This document shows positions 26,308 through 37,954 of a DNA stretch of 64,000 nucleotides, in pieces. The notes under the pieces are model-generated. The model saw only the letters and a list, made by a program, of their open reading frames with translations. It did no database searches and was not told the origin of the DNA. The DNA is from Podarcis liolepis (lineage: Eukaryota). Within the stretch, counting starts at the first letter, position 1; every line of letters begins with the position of its first letter. The position numbers were made by a program, and so were the translations under genes. Location of the stretch: the NCBI GenBank assembly GCA_965112155.1, contig OZ218099.1; one strand, written 5' to 3'.

Positions 26308-26790
26308 CGAAGCGGGGTCCAAAGCAAGAAGCCGGGTGTGGACGGGAACTCTGGAAGAACAGGTCTGGGTGCTGGCAGAAACAGGTTTCCAACGACGTTG
26401 CTCCCGCAACCTGGGACTGGGCTGACTGGCCTTTATCTCCTCTGAGGCCAGGGGCGGTCCCGGCCCACAGGTGACTCGCCTCTCCTGGCCTTAAGGTGAG
26501 CACTCATCCTCAGAGAACTTAGTTCCCCCCGCCTCTCTGCCCTGAGCCTTTGCAGCTCAGAAGAGGCTAGAGGGTTACTGGACCCAAGGGCAGCTTCACT
26601 TTCCCCTGACAGGGCTGGGAGAGGCGCACCTGAAGGCAATGGGCCCTCAAACACCTCTGGAGCCAGAGTGGATACATCTGGTGTTTGCTCCTGAGGATCT
26701 GGCACAGGTGCAGGCCCTTCAGGCAGGGACTCCTGTGCAGGCTGGGACTCCTCAGGTTCAGATTCTGAATCAGATTCCCAGGCCATCACA
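26308..26790 (-). mobile_element. 3'-truncated LTR-like element inserted in the satellite
   Basis: Starts TGTGATGG on the minus strand at 26790; GATAAAG TATA-like box at 26431-26437; non-repetitive block between two satellite arms; no terminal CA or TSD at the other end. Confidence 0.6.
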
Positions 26791-27993
26791 GCAGGTTTGT
26801 ACCGGTTGAAATCGGTTTGGGCAGGCCAAGCTGGTTGGAACTGGTCTAGACGGGTTAGAATCGGTTCAGACCGGTTGGAACCAGTTGAAACCAGTTGGAA
26901 ACTGTCAAAACCAGTTAGAACCAGTCAAAGATGGTTTGAACCGGTTGAAGCTGGTTGGAACCGGTCTAAACCAGTTGGAACTGGTTCAGACTGGTTAGAA
27001 CCGGTCAAATCCAGTTTGAACCGGTCAAAGCCGGTTTGAACCGGTCTAAACCAGTTGGAACTGGTTCAGACTGGTTAGAACCGGTCAAATCCGGTTTGAA
27101 CTGGTCAAAGCCGGTTTGAACCGGTTCAAGCTGGTTGGAACCGGTCTAGACCAGCTGGAACTGGTTCAGACCAGTTAGAACCGGTCGCAGCTGGTTTGAA
27201 CCGGTTCAAGCTGGTTGGAACCGGATCAAACCGGATCAAACCGGTTAGAACCGGTCGAAGCTGGTTTGAACCGGTTGAAGCTGGTTGGAACTGGTCTCAT
27301 CCGGTTGGAACTGGTTCAGACCGGTTAGAACCGGTTGCAGCAGGTTTGAACCGGTTCAAGCTGGTTGGAACCGGTCTCCACCGGTTAGAACCGGTCGAAG
27401 CTGGTTTGAACTGGTTCAAGCTGGTTGGAACTGGTCTAGACCGGTTGGAACCGGTTCAGGCCGGTTAGAACCGGTCGAAGCCAGTTGGAACCAGCCCAGA
27501 CCGGTTTGAACCAGTCCAGGCAGGTTTGTACTGGTTGAAGCTGGTTTGAGCGGGCCAAGAAGGTTGGAACCAGTCTAGACTAGTTGGAACTGGTCCAGAA
27601 GGTCTCAACCGGTCCAAGCTGTTTGGAACCTGTCCAAGCCGGTTTGAATCAGTCCAAGCAGGTTGGAACTGGTCTAGACTAGTTGGAACCGGTCCAGACC
27701 AGTTCAAACTGGTTGAAGCCAGTTTGAAGCGGTCGAAGCTGGTTGGAACGGGTCTAGATTAGTTGGTACTGGTCCAGACATCTGAACCTATCCAAGCTGT
27801 TTGGAACCTGTCCAAGCCAGTTTGAACCGGTCCAAGCATGTTGGGACTGGTCTAGATTAGTTGGAACTGGTCCAGACCGGTTTGAACCGGTCGAAGCTGG
27901 TTTGAACCGGTCCAAGCCAGTTGGAACAGGTTGAGACTGGTAGAAACCGGACCAAGTTGGTCAGTACTGCTCTAGACCGTTTTGAACTGGTCA
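26791..27993. repeat. 10-bp-period satellite, right arm (~120 units)
   Basis: Same unit; near-perfect 80-bp higher-order duplication 26961-27040 / 27041-27120. Confidence 0.97.
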
Positions 27994-28620
27994 GAGTGGA
28001 TAGGTTTGATCTTCTTGCAGGCCATGGGACTCTCAAGAGTCTCCTCCAGCACCATAATTCAAAAGCATCAATTCTTCAGCGATCAGCCTTCTTTATGGTC
28101 CAGCTCTCACTTCCATACATCACTACTGGGGAAACCATGGCTTTAACTATACAGACCTTTGTTGGTAAGGTGATGTCTCTGCTTTTTAAGCTGCTGTCTA
28201 GGTTTGCCATTGCCTTTCTCCCACGGAGCAGGCGTCTTTTAATTTCGTGGCTGGTCACCATCTGCAGTGATCAGGGAGCCCAAGAAAGTAAAATCTCTCA
28301 CTGCCTCCATTTCTTCCCCTTCTATTTGCCAGGAGGTGATGGGACCAGTGGCCATGATCTTCGTTTTTTTGATGTTGAGCATATTTTGCGCTCTCCTCTT
28401 TCACCCTCATTAAAAGGTTATGCCTGTTGCCTTTGTCCATGGAGTTTTCTTGGCAGGGATACTGGAGTAGCTTGCCGGTTCCTGCTCCAGGTGGTTCACG
28501 TTTGGTCAAAACTCTCCACTATGACCTGCCCATCTTGGGTGGCCCTGCACGGCATAGCTCATAGCTTCTCTGAGTTATTCAAGCCCCTTTGCCACGGCAA
28601 GGCAGTGATCCATGAAGGGG
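27991..28620 (-). mobile_element. BovB (RTE LINE) with 5' end joined to RT 3' segment (internally deleted)
   Basis: 28420-28620 resembles the BovB 5' UTR (GATCACTGCCTTGCCGTGGCAAAGGGGCTTG...); 27991-28417 encodes SHEIKRRLL.GRKAMANLDS.LKSRDITLPTKV.IVKAMV.PVVMYGSESWTIKKADR. Confidence 0.85.
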
Positions 28621-28951
28621 AATCTTCCCAATTATTACCAAGGAGCAATGGGCTTCCTCACTGGGGGAAACCTTTGCTGGTGGGTTTGCATAGCCGGGGG
28701 GGGGGGGGAGAGAAGAGGATAGGAACCCTTGCTTCTGTGCATGTTGATTAGCAACCCAGTTGCCCGTGGGGACAAGGAGGATGGGAGCTATTATGAGTAG
28801 TAAGCTACAACTGACAGTCCTTATGAGTTGATGAGGAACCAGAGAGGTGATGTCAGCCTGGTGCTTTCTCGTTCTGCATCCCTCAAGCCCAGCTACCCTT
28901 TCCTGCACTCGGATGCACAATCACCTCCGCCCTATTACCACTCACTTATCA

Positions 28952-29376
28952 CCGTATTTTCCGCTCTATAGGGCGCACCCGGTTTTAGAGGGGGAGAACA
29001 AGAAAAAAAATCGTCTCCCTCTCTGCGCAGCGCCCCTTCAGCGAAGTGACAGGAGAAACAGAGCCCCTTCCATTTCTCCTCCCGCTTCGCTGAAGGGGCG
29101 CTGCACAGAGAGGGAAAGCTTTGCAGCGCCTCTCCAGCAAAGCAAAGCCAGGAGAGCAAGAGGGATCGGTGTGCACCGACCCCTCTCGCTCTCCAGGCTT
29201 CAGCAAAAGCAACGCGAAGCCTCGGGAGCGCGGAGGGAGCGCTCCCTCTGCACTTCGGAGGCTTCGCGTTGCTTTCACTGAAGCCATGGAACCTGCATTC
29301 GCTCCATAAGACGCACACACATTTCCCCTTAATTTTTGGAGGGGGAAAGGTGCGTCTTATAGAGCAAAAAATACAG
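28952..29376. mobile_element. Tc2/Kanga-like MITE, longer variant
   Basis: CCGTATTTTCCGCTCTATAG ... CTTATAGAGCAAAAAATACAG ends. Confidence 0.82.
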
Positions 29377-32284
29377 TACTTGCCCATTGAAGGGGAGAAG
29401 TTGCAGGCAGCTTCATCTGCAATCCCAGCTTTCTCCTCTGCAGATCTCCTAGCTCTTAGCCCACAAGGAAAGTGCCGTATCTGTCAGTGCGGCTGATTGG
29501 CAATCAGTACCAAGAGTATTTCAAAGATTTCAAAGGCAGAATTGCCGCCTGGAGGGAACTTCCGAAATGTGGCGCCTTGTCCTGGATCTTAGGCAAGTCA
29601 ATTGAAAAAAATCACATTTTTTTTGGGGGGGGGGACGACGACTTTGGGGTTTTTGTCTAACAAAAGCTCAACAATTTTGGAGTCTTCCCCAAAAGATTTA
29701 AGTACACACACTGACCTTAACGCAATGGTATCTATTGAGAACCATTATTTGGGTAACTCCTTAACTAGATGATTCTCGGTGCCCCTTCCAACTCTATAGT
29801 TCCAATTTCACTATTTCATGGCTGACCACTATAAAAGGGAAGCCCAACTGCTGCATATTGTCCATTGCCACTGTTCAATAAAGCTATGTGCATAACATTG
29901 GGTGGGGTGGGGTTGGGAGAGATATATACACACACAGGCAATTGTTTTTTCATTTCATTTTCCTCTGCAGTCATTTACACAAATAGAGGCAAGCTCCTCC
30001 TCCTAGGGTTTAACTTGAAAAATAAATTGCCTCTCCAGCACGTGGTGCAAACTTCTGAGAAACCACCCTCAGGACTTCCAAGATCAGGAAGACTTAAAAC
30101 GTTTTTCATTTAAAAAACTGAACAATGCTACAGAAACATAGGCATGCTCCCTGCTCATTTTGTCACCGTCTTTCTAAGAATTTCGTTAGCCACTCTAAGC
30201 TCTTTTTTCTTTTTGAGAAAGGGCAAGTTATAAGAAAAATGGTGATCAACAGTTTGTGCTGCAGTGGGAGCGTATTTGGATGCTTTCCTGCAAACTTTTG
30301 GCACAGGACCTAAGAGTTAATTCATTCATCTCTGTACAGCAGGTTATTCTACCCTCTACACCTGCTGTGGGCAAGCAGCAGGCCAGCAGCAGAGACAGCG
30401 GTATGGGTGCAGGGGGAATAGAGGACTAGGAGAAATGGAAACCTGGTATTTGCCAAAATGCCGCCAATTAAGAACGCTTAGGCTCACCAGAGGAGTAAAT
30501 TTTCAAGGCATTTGTAAGACGAAGATTATTCAAATCCACTTCACAAAGCTGAAGGCTTTGTTTACGGATAAGACTTCTTTCCACGTACTTCATTTTTCAT
30601 TTCAGCTTAAGTATATTCCTAATTATATAAAGCTAAACCAAAACAAGCTACTCCAGGGATTATATTCGCTGAGGAAAACACCTTTCTCATAGCATCTTCC
30701 TAATAAGCGAGTCAGTGGATCTCTTTTACTTTCAAATGTGTGGCTTATATACGGCAGGGGACAACCAAAAGGCTTCACTGGGAAAATCAGGATAAGCTCG
30801 CTTGCTCTAAGCTCTGTAAAACATGAATTTTCTGCTGCTGAATTCTAGGAGGTCACCTGCTCTTAGCTCCCCCTCTCCCCTTACAAGTTGAACACTGCAC
30901 TAGGAGAAAGGATTAAAAAAAAAAGCTAAAAAATGAATCACATTTTGAGATGGCATGAAGCTGCAAGCAGGATTTGAATGCAGAGCTTGGATTCCTTGAT
31001 AGCACCGTTGGCACTTAGATCCATTGGTGAACACCAGCAAAAAGAAGCAAATACACTCAGTACTCAAGGATATGGAAAACAAACATGCATTCTATTCTAA
31101 CCACTACACACTTTCGAGCCAACAGAACTGTATCATGTTTGCAATGGTTAATCCTGCAACCTAGATTAGTGGCTTTGTCCCTCCAGTTGTTGCTGAACTA
31201 CAACTTCCATCAGCCCTAGCTAGCGATGCCAATGCCACTGGCTGAGAGTTGTAGTTCGCCAATATCTGGAGGGACAAAGGTTCCCTACATCTGTTGCCTA
31301 TGTTCCAACACCCATCTTCTCAAACCAAGTAGCTGAGGTGCGCTTGATTAAGCTTCCAAGACAGAAAGTGAATGTGCTCCAAGCAATGAAAGATGAAAAT
31401 ACACGCTGCCCTCACTCATTTCTCACTACTACCCATGCCTCTAATGTACTTGATTCGCCTTGGTGTGTTTGAATATCCTTTTCGTTGTTGTAAACGCTTC
31501 AGTCTGCAACCAGGTAGATGTTGTTGCCCTCTGGTTGATTGGAAGGTTTGAGAAACAGGAGAGAACTTTCATTTCAAATAGCTGTGATATTTTGTTGATG
31601 TAATAGTGATGCTTTTCTAAATGAACTGCTTTGCCATTTATTGCCCCCATCCTATTCTAACCTACGCAGTTCTGTGCTTCTGGAACACACCACAATTTAT
31701 TAATGCTTGTCCAATGAGAACAATTATTTAGACAAGTTAAATTGATAATAACAGTAGGGAAGTCATGCCTAAGAGCTCAATCTCTTAGCCAGAAAGTCCC
31801 TAGTTCAAATTTCTCTTCTGTTATAAAACTCAGCGGTTGCCCTCAGACAAGTTACCATTTTTCAAAGTCTTCTATTTTGGGTATGAAGCTAAATACATCA
31901 CATGGTCATAATGGTTTACCAAGATGTGCTTTGAACACTTTTGACAGCATTTTTTCTACCTTCCGAAAGCCTCTTATCTTTCTTCTGCTATTTCCCTTTG
32001 GCCTGCAAAGCCAAGCCTGAAGTCAAGACTAAGCTGTTTGTATTATCCATCGGGTGTCTCAAATAAATTTTCCATTTTGTCTTACTGGTCACAGCTGTAC
32101 AGAGAACTTAAGATTACACAAGCTAGCCAGAACTATACCAGTTCCACTTGCTAAACGCTTTAGAAATTAGATCTGACATACTCTGAACTCATCTGATCAG
32201 CCCACATCACCACAAACTCTCTTTAATTACAAGAAATAACAGCACAAACTAGAGACTCGCCGTCTTTTAAACATGTACGTCATT

Positions 32285-32327
32285 TTTATTTATACAAGGA
32301 TAGAGAAAGACCGTAGCAATTTTTATT
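32285..32327 (-). terminator. Tandem AATAAA polyadenylation signals of SPATS2 (32322-32327, 32285-32290)
   Basis: Two AATAAA hexamers on the minus strand ~810-850 nt after the stop codon, with TGTA between them. Confidence 0.6.
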
Positions 32328-33136
32328 GGAACTTGCAATCACCTAGGATTAGCACTGCTAATTAAATTGCTAGAAATTTAGTTTAGGATCAGACGATGGG
32401 ATCCTGACCGGGAGCAAATTAAACCTCCCATCCCTCACCAAACATTAAAAGTAGGGGACATCTAAATGTACGCATGACGTACAGTCAAAATGATGCTTCT
32501 CTCAGGAGGACTGGACCTCTCCATTCTCTAGTGAGAGAGAGATACAAGCCCAGTTCCCCCAAATGTAGTATTTAGATAAGATGTAAAAAGAAAATAACCA
32601 TCCCAGCAGTCTCTCTTAATGGCTCCTCCCATTAGGATCACTCATCTTGGTCTCACAATTCACAGCAATTTGTCTCATTGCCAGCATGAAGAGTTTTGCT
32701 GTTAGGAGTAAGGCCTGGCTAGCAGCATTCAGGGAGGGCGAGGGGAGAGCAAAAGCTTTTGGGCTGGGGTTCTTGGAAGACATCCCCCCTTTTTAATTTT
32801 TTGCTTCTAGGGCTGAAAGTCTGCCCATGTTTAAGGACGGCACCAGAATAAGAGGAGCCAGAGAGTGCAAAGGAGGTGGCAGCAGTGAGGTTTGCCAAGG
32901 CCATGCCTGGAGATCATGTGTGCATTTTCCACTAAAGCCTGACCCATGTCACGTGGCAGAAAGCAAGGGCAGGAGAAGCGCTAGGGAGCCGCTTTTCCCA
33001 GAAAGGAATGATTAAAGGAAGAGAAAAGTGGCAAAGGGGGCAGCAAGTGTAAACGTTCCTTTGTTAATATCTCTAGCTAGGTGTGTCCTACAATCTCGTC
33101 ATCCAGTTTTGGGAAGTGGCAGAGAGTTCGTGCTCT

Positions 33137-33448
33137 TCAGGAATTGGCCGCCTCATATTGGCTTGACCTAGGTTTCCGCTGCGGCAGAGCCTTGGCTTCT
33201 TTGCTGAGTGTGCCCGAATGGGACTGTGCAGTTGGGGCTGGCACACCAGGCTCAGCACCAGTTCCATTGGTTCCTGTGGAGTAAGTCTGGCTGAGGCTGT
33301 TTGCGTTTCCAGGAGGTGGCCGGGACCTGGAGTTGGACTGGTACCAAGGCCCGCTTCGGTACCGATTTGAATTGGGGTGTGGGGGCCCATTTTGGCGTTG
33401 CCCTTGGGCCCTGTAACCTTGACCAGATCTTCTATTACCCTGGAAACC
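33137..33448 (-). CDS. SPATS2: SPATS2 last coding exon (312 nt): GFQGNRRSGQGYRAQGQ...GTNGTG...LPQRKPRSSQYEAANS*
   Basis: tttag acceptor; open to TGA at 33137-33139; C-terminus resembles SPATS2 LPQRKPRTSQTEAVNS. The 11 exons sum to 1634 nt, consistent with a missing phase-1 upstream exon. Confidence 0.92.
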   Translation of the reverse strand, partial: GFQGNRRSGQGYRAQGQRQNGPPHPNSNRYRSGPWYQSNSRSRPPPGNANSLSQTYSTGTNGTGAEPGVPAPTAQSHSGTLSKEAKALPQRKPRSSQYEAANS

Positions 33449-33810
33449 CTAAAACGGAAAGAAAGGGAGGAATACTGTGAGCAGTAGCTATGGCAGCCGG
33501 CAGGTTTTGCCACATTCAGCAAAGAGCCAAGACACACAATCACCAAGGATATTCCGCCACTAAATCAGTATAACAAGAATGTCTTGCCAGGCTCCTGTTT
33601 TAGGAGTGGTTCAAAAAGGACAGTGCCCACTCCCACATCTATTAACGGAGTTAGAGCATTTAGACAACTAGGGTCAAGTTAATTTTTTTAAAAAAAGATA
33701 TTAGTGATGACAAGCACATCTTTAAACCTGCAAGGCATCACTTGAGCATATTTGTACAATATATAAAAAAATGGAAGAGAGCATTTTATATTGGATATAC
33801 TTTCTAGTTA

Positions 33811-34033
33811 CAGTGGTACCTCGGGTTACATACGCTTCAGGTTACAGACTCCGCTAACCCAGAAATAATACCTTGGGTTAAGAACTTTGCTTCAGGATAA
33901 GAATAGAAATCGTGCGGCAGCGCGGCAGCAGCGGGAGGCCCAATTAGCTAAAGAGGTGCTTCAGGTTAAGAACAGTTTCAGGTTAAGAACGGACCTCCGG
34001 AACGAATTAAGTACGAAACCAGAGGTACCACTG
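33811..34033. mobile_element. Tigger/pogo-like MITE (CAGTGGTACCTC family)
   Basis: TIRs, TA TSD. Confidence 0.9.
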
Positions 34034-34739
34034 TACTAACAGATTTTCATTCTATTTTCAGGGAATATAGATTTAAGCATATTTTTAAATTTTCACGCAA
34101 ATGGACACAATAAAGGCAAACCTCTTCCGATCAGTCCAGCATACAGGAAAAAGGTTGCCCATGGGAAATTAAGATGACGACTTCCACATGCCCCAGCCTA
34201 TTCAGTGGTTCCTAAACTTTCCCCCCCACGGACCACCTGAAAACCACTGAGGGTCTTGGTGGACCACCTTAAGGCCTTTTGTAGCAATTGCAATGCAGCT
34301 AGATGCTGTATGATTGTTAATTGTATTTTTTCAGATACACCACAGACCATCCCAATGAAATTTGGCAACCATGGTGGGGGGAACCCCTGCACCACAGCAC
34401 AACTGCCTTGTTTATTCATAGCCATGAGGAAGCATAGCTCCCTCTACTCATGGCCTGCTAAAAAGCCGTTTAGGGTGCATGAATGCATGCAGAAAAAGAG
34501 TGGGAGAGACACAGAGCCATAGCCCTTTCTGGGCCACAAGGAGCCCAGGGCTTTGGTAGTCTGGCCTTTTGTGGTAGCCTCCATGTTGCAAGGCTGGCAG
34601 CGAATGCAAAGCTGAGATATAAACAAGAGGGGCTGCAGCCACTCGTTCTTACACTACAAGCAAAGGCCATTCAAAGCAACGTACTCATGGTCCACCCACA
34701 TGCCAGTTGCAGCCACATCAGGCAACATTAATCCATTAC

Positions 34740-34945
34740 CTCACGGTAGGGCTGATATGGACGGCTTGTTGCATTTGCAGCGGCTTCTGCAGGGGGTGGT
34801 GGTTTCTTATTGGTCGTCGTAAGGCTCGGAGCAGAAACAGAGGCACATACTGTGCTTGCGGCACTGGGCTCATCTGGGCTGCTCACAGACGTGGCAATAG
34901 AGCTGCACCGTGACCTGGTGGAGTAGCTGTTCTTTGGGTGCGAAA
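34740..34945 (-). CDS. SPATS2: SPATS2 coding exon (206 nt): (V)SHPKNSYSTRSRCSS...PYQPYRE
   Basis: cag acceptor, gtaatg donor; SHPKNSYSTRSRCSS signature. Confidence 0.93.
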
Positions 34946-35740
34946 CTGAAATAAGAACACAAGGCAAGCTCTTAGGAGGAGGCTGTCGTAATCTGAATCC
35001 CCTGCACACATCTTCTATAACAGAGTCAAAGGAGAATTTACCTCCTCTTGACAACAATGAGAGATAAAGTGCTGCATATTCGAAGGTGATATGTTACATT
35101 GGGGGGGGGAGTCTTCTCTCTGTATTCCTGCAGCACCCTTGTGGTAATATTACAAACTTTTCCCAATAGGGAACTCAAGTGTTGGTCAGCCACAGGACTG
35201 TAGCCAAAGTGCAGCAATTCTTGCATAAATCCCAAGGTTTACAGTTTCCCCCCCTTTAAAAGATAAACACCTTAAAGTGGCAAAAATTACGCATTGTCCA
35301 ATAGGGACTGAATTTAGCCACTGAATGTAGAGTAACAATTGGAAAAGGAGCGATACATCAAGAGGAAAGGAGTGAGGGGAAAGGTTGAATGGCTACGTGG
35401 GGTTAATTCTAAAACAGGAGCCCACCTCCTTTTAGGAGGGAGAATGAACTGCAACATTTCGTTGCAGCCCCCACCTGTTTCCACTTCATTAGTACAACCA
35501 TCAGAGCTCTGAAGCAGATGACCTCCCAAGGACAAAAAACAGATGAATGGCAGAACAGAAGTTTGAATTTGAAATGTCCAAATCCCCAATAAAGCCTTAC
35601 TTAGCAATTCCCTCTTCCTCTGCACAGACAATGCTGAATTTGGTGTCACAGCAAAACATGGCATTGTCACACCTTTAGGGTACCATAAAATTATTTCTTT
35701 TTATAATAGCTTTGGAAATGAGAGGAAGAACTTATCTATA

Positions 35741-35743
<3 letters not shown>

Positions 35744-35779
<36 letters not shown>
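35744..35779. repeat. (CA)n microsatellite ~12 nt into a SPATS2 intron
   Basis: Direct reading; reads (UG)n in the pre-mRNA. Confidence 0.95.
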
Positions 35780-35781
<2 letters not shown>

Positions 35782-35791
35782 GTTGGCTCAC

Positions 35792-35894
35792 CTTGTCCAA
35801 AAGATTCAATGCTCCTCTTGAGTGCATCTAGGTCACAAGTGAAACGAGCCACCCTTCCAAGATCTTCATCGTATTTGCGCTCACTAACAAAGTG
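35792..35894 (-). CDS. SPATS2: SPATS2 coding exon (103 nt): HFVSERKYDEDLGRVARFTCDLDALKRSIESFGQ(V)
   Basis: tag acceptor, gtgagc donor; HFVSERKYDEDLGR signature. Confidence 0.95.
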
Positions 35895-37411
35895 CTAAAG
35901 AGGAAAATGCCGGTATGTTAAGGTTCCATTAATGACGTTCTGTTAAGTATGTTCAGGGTTTGAGCCAAGCTGAGGCCCCGATGCCAAGAGATCTGCCAAG
36001 GCATAGCTTGCAAGAGTGTGTCCAAGGTACATGCTACCTTCCGGATTCACCAACACAGCTGCAGAAAACTAAGCCCTCCAATTGCAAGGAAATCCCATTT
36101 ATCTGCAAGCGTTTTCAAAACATTCATTCCAGTGTCATTAATGCAAGGTTACCAGATTTTTTCCAATGAACACTTTTCAACTTCAATGGATTTTGTATGG
36201 GGACTGATTTGTAAATCCAGGGACTGTCCCCAGGAAACGGGGACGTCTGGTAACCTTATATTAATGGTAATTTACATGAGATGAAAATTATGCATGGTCT
36301 TGCTGGTGGAACAGTGTGTTTGAGCTCAGTGGGATGTTTATGCAACTTTGTTCTGCCCTCTGGTGGTAGGAAAAAAAGAGCATTTATTGGAGCTATGTGT
36401 TTGAAGCAAGCATGCTTGATGCTCCATGATCAGATAGATTATTCTACTTTTTAGAAAACAAACGTGAGAACAAATGTAAAGAGAAAGCACAGGCAAAGGT
36501 TTCTGCTTGGTAGCTGAAAGGTTCTTGTCTAGACTGGAATTTCTCTCTAAACGAGATGCTGAACACCAGTGAAGTGCAAATGAATTTACATACATTTATT
36601 TAATCTGAGCACTTTATTTTGGTTTTCTTTAGAAATAAAAAAAGATCAGAATGAGAACTTTTAATGAAACCTTAGCTTTGACTAGATGGCCACCGATTGG
36701 GGATATTGTAGCAGTGGATTTCCTGCATTGGCAGAAGTCTGGAATACCTTGGAGGTTCTTTCTATTATTCAGATGGAGGAAAAAGTTAGAACTTCAGACA
36801 CCCTTGGAGACACACCTGTTCAGAGCTGGTTCCGGAGACTATCAGTAAGAAGAGATTCCTTATGAAGAATGTCTTCTTTCAAAGGTTCTTTCGCTACCAA
36901 GGTGAACATCGGCACAATTCCAGTAACACGTTTCAAGAGGATACCAAGTCTCTCCCCCCCCCCCATGCAACCTTTTCAGACCCAGGACATGTATTTTGGG
37001 GCCCAATTTTTAATCTTTTACCATATATATGCATGGTGGTAGTGCTCCTGTTGCAACCCACCTCGAATTAGGCCACTCCTAGCAGTGCAGCAATAAAACC
37101 GCTAGCACATCAGCAAAGCTATGCAAGGCCTGGTATGGTTTTAAATTGGGTGGGCAACCATGTGCTGAAATGCCTGCCTGCGAGGAAGGGGGTAGGACTA
37201 GATGACCCTCGGGGTCCCTTCCGACTCTACAACTGTATGATTCTGTGACCCACCAGTTGGAAGACCAGTGCCTAGCCTAGTCCTCTCAACCCTGACCCTA
37301 TCAAGGTCAAACATTTTCCAGAGACTCTTCGCAGCTCAGGTATGAAAGAGCACTCCTTAACACAAAACGGTACGATGGACTGAGCCTGGGCCATCCTACA
37401 TGCAAAATATA

Positions 37412-37670
37412 CCGTATTTTTTGCTCTATAAGACTCACTTTTTCCCTCCTAAAAAGTAAGGGGAAATGTGTGTGCGTCTTATGGAGTGAATGCAGGCTGC
37501 ACAGCTATCCCAGAAGCCAGAACAGCAAGAGGGATCGCTGCTTTCGCTGCATAGCGATCCCTCCTGCTATTCTGGCTTCTGGGATTCAGAATATTTTTTT
37601 TCTTGTTTTCCTCCTCCAAAAACTAGGTGCGTCTTATGGTCTGGTGTGTCTTATAGAGCGAAAAATATGG
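37412..37670. mobile_element. Tc2/Kanga-like MITE
   Basis: TIRs, TA TSD. Confidence 0.88.
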
Positions 37671-37844
37671 TAAATTCAGCTACAATTCTCCTGTAACAGG
37701 AGGATACCAGGGAATTAAGCTATGGCTACATGGTTACTATTTCTGACTCTACTTTGCTCTGACTTCTACATCAGCTGTTTAGTCCACAATCATGATTAAT
37801 GGTAAGAATAGGGCTAGCATAGCACACAGAAGTCCAAGGTTCAC

Positions 37845-37954
37845 CTTTATATCAGCTCTAAGCTCTACCAACTGCTCCTCGGACATTCGGACAGCCACAT
37901 CAGTCATCTTCTTCAGCGCCTCTGCCTTCTTTTGCCGGCTGCTTAGGATGTCCA
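37845..37954 (-). CDS. SPATS2: SPATS2 coding exon (110 nt): (M)DILSSRQKKAEALKKMTDVAVRMSEEQLVELRADIK
   Basis: cag acceptor, gtgaac donor; conserved peptide. Confidence 0.95.

Noticed and set aside
23976-27707. Many ORFs with GWNW/LEPV/VGTG repeats in the ORF track
   Set aside because: They are translations of the 10-bp satellite in all frames and both strands, broken by stops, with no splice or codon signal.
24191-27993. Possible CRISPR-like array
   Set aside because: Contiguous degenerate decamers without unique spacers, in a vertebrate genome with no cas genes.
27921-28751. 276-aa plus-strand ORF
   Set aside because: Antisense read-through of the BovB fragment plus the satellite end.
33088-33546. 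152-aa minus-strand ORF over the last SPATS2 exon
   Set aside because: Wrong frame; the SPATS2-like peptide is in another frame (33448-33137), which the ORF track missed.
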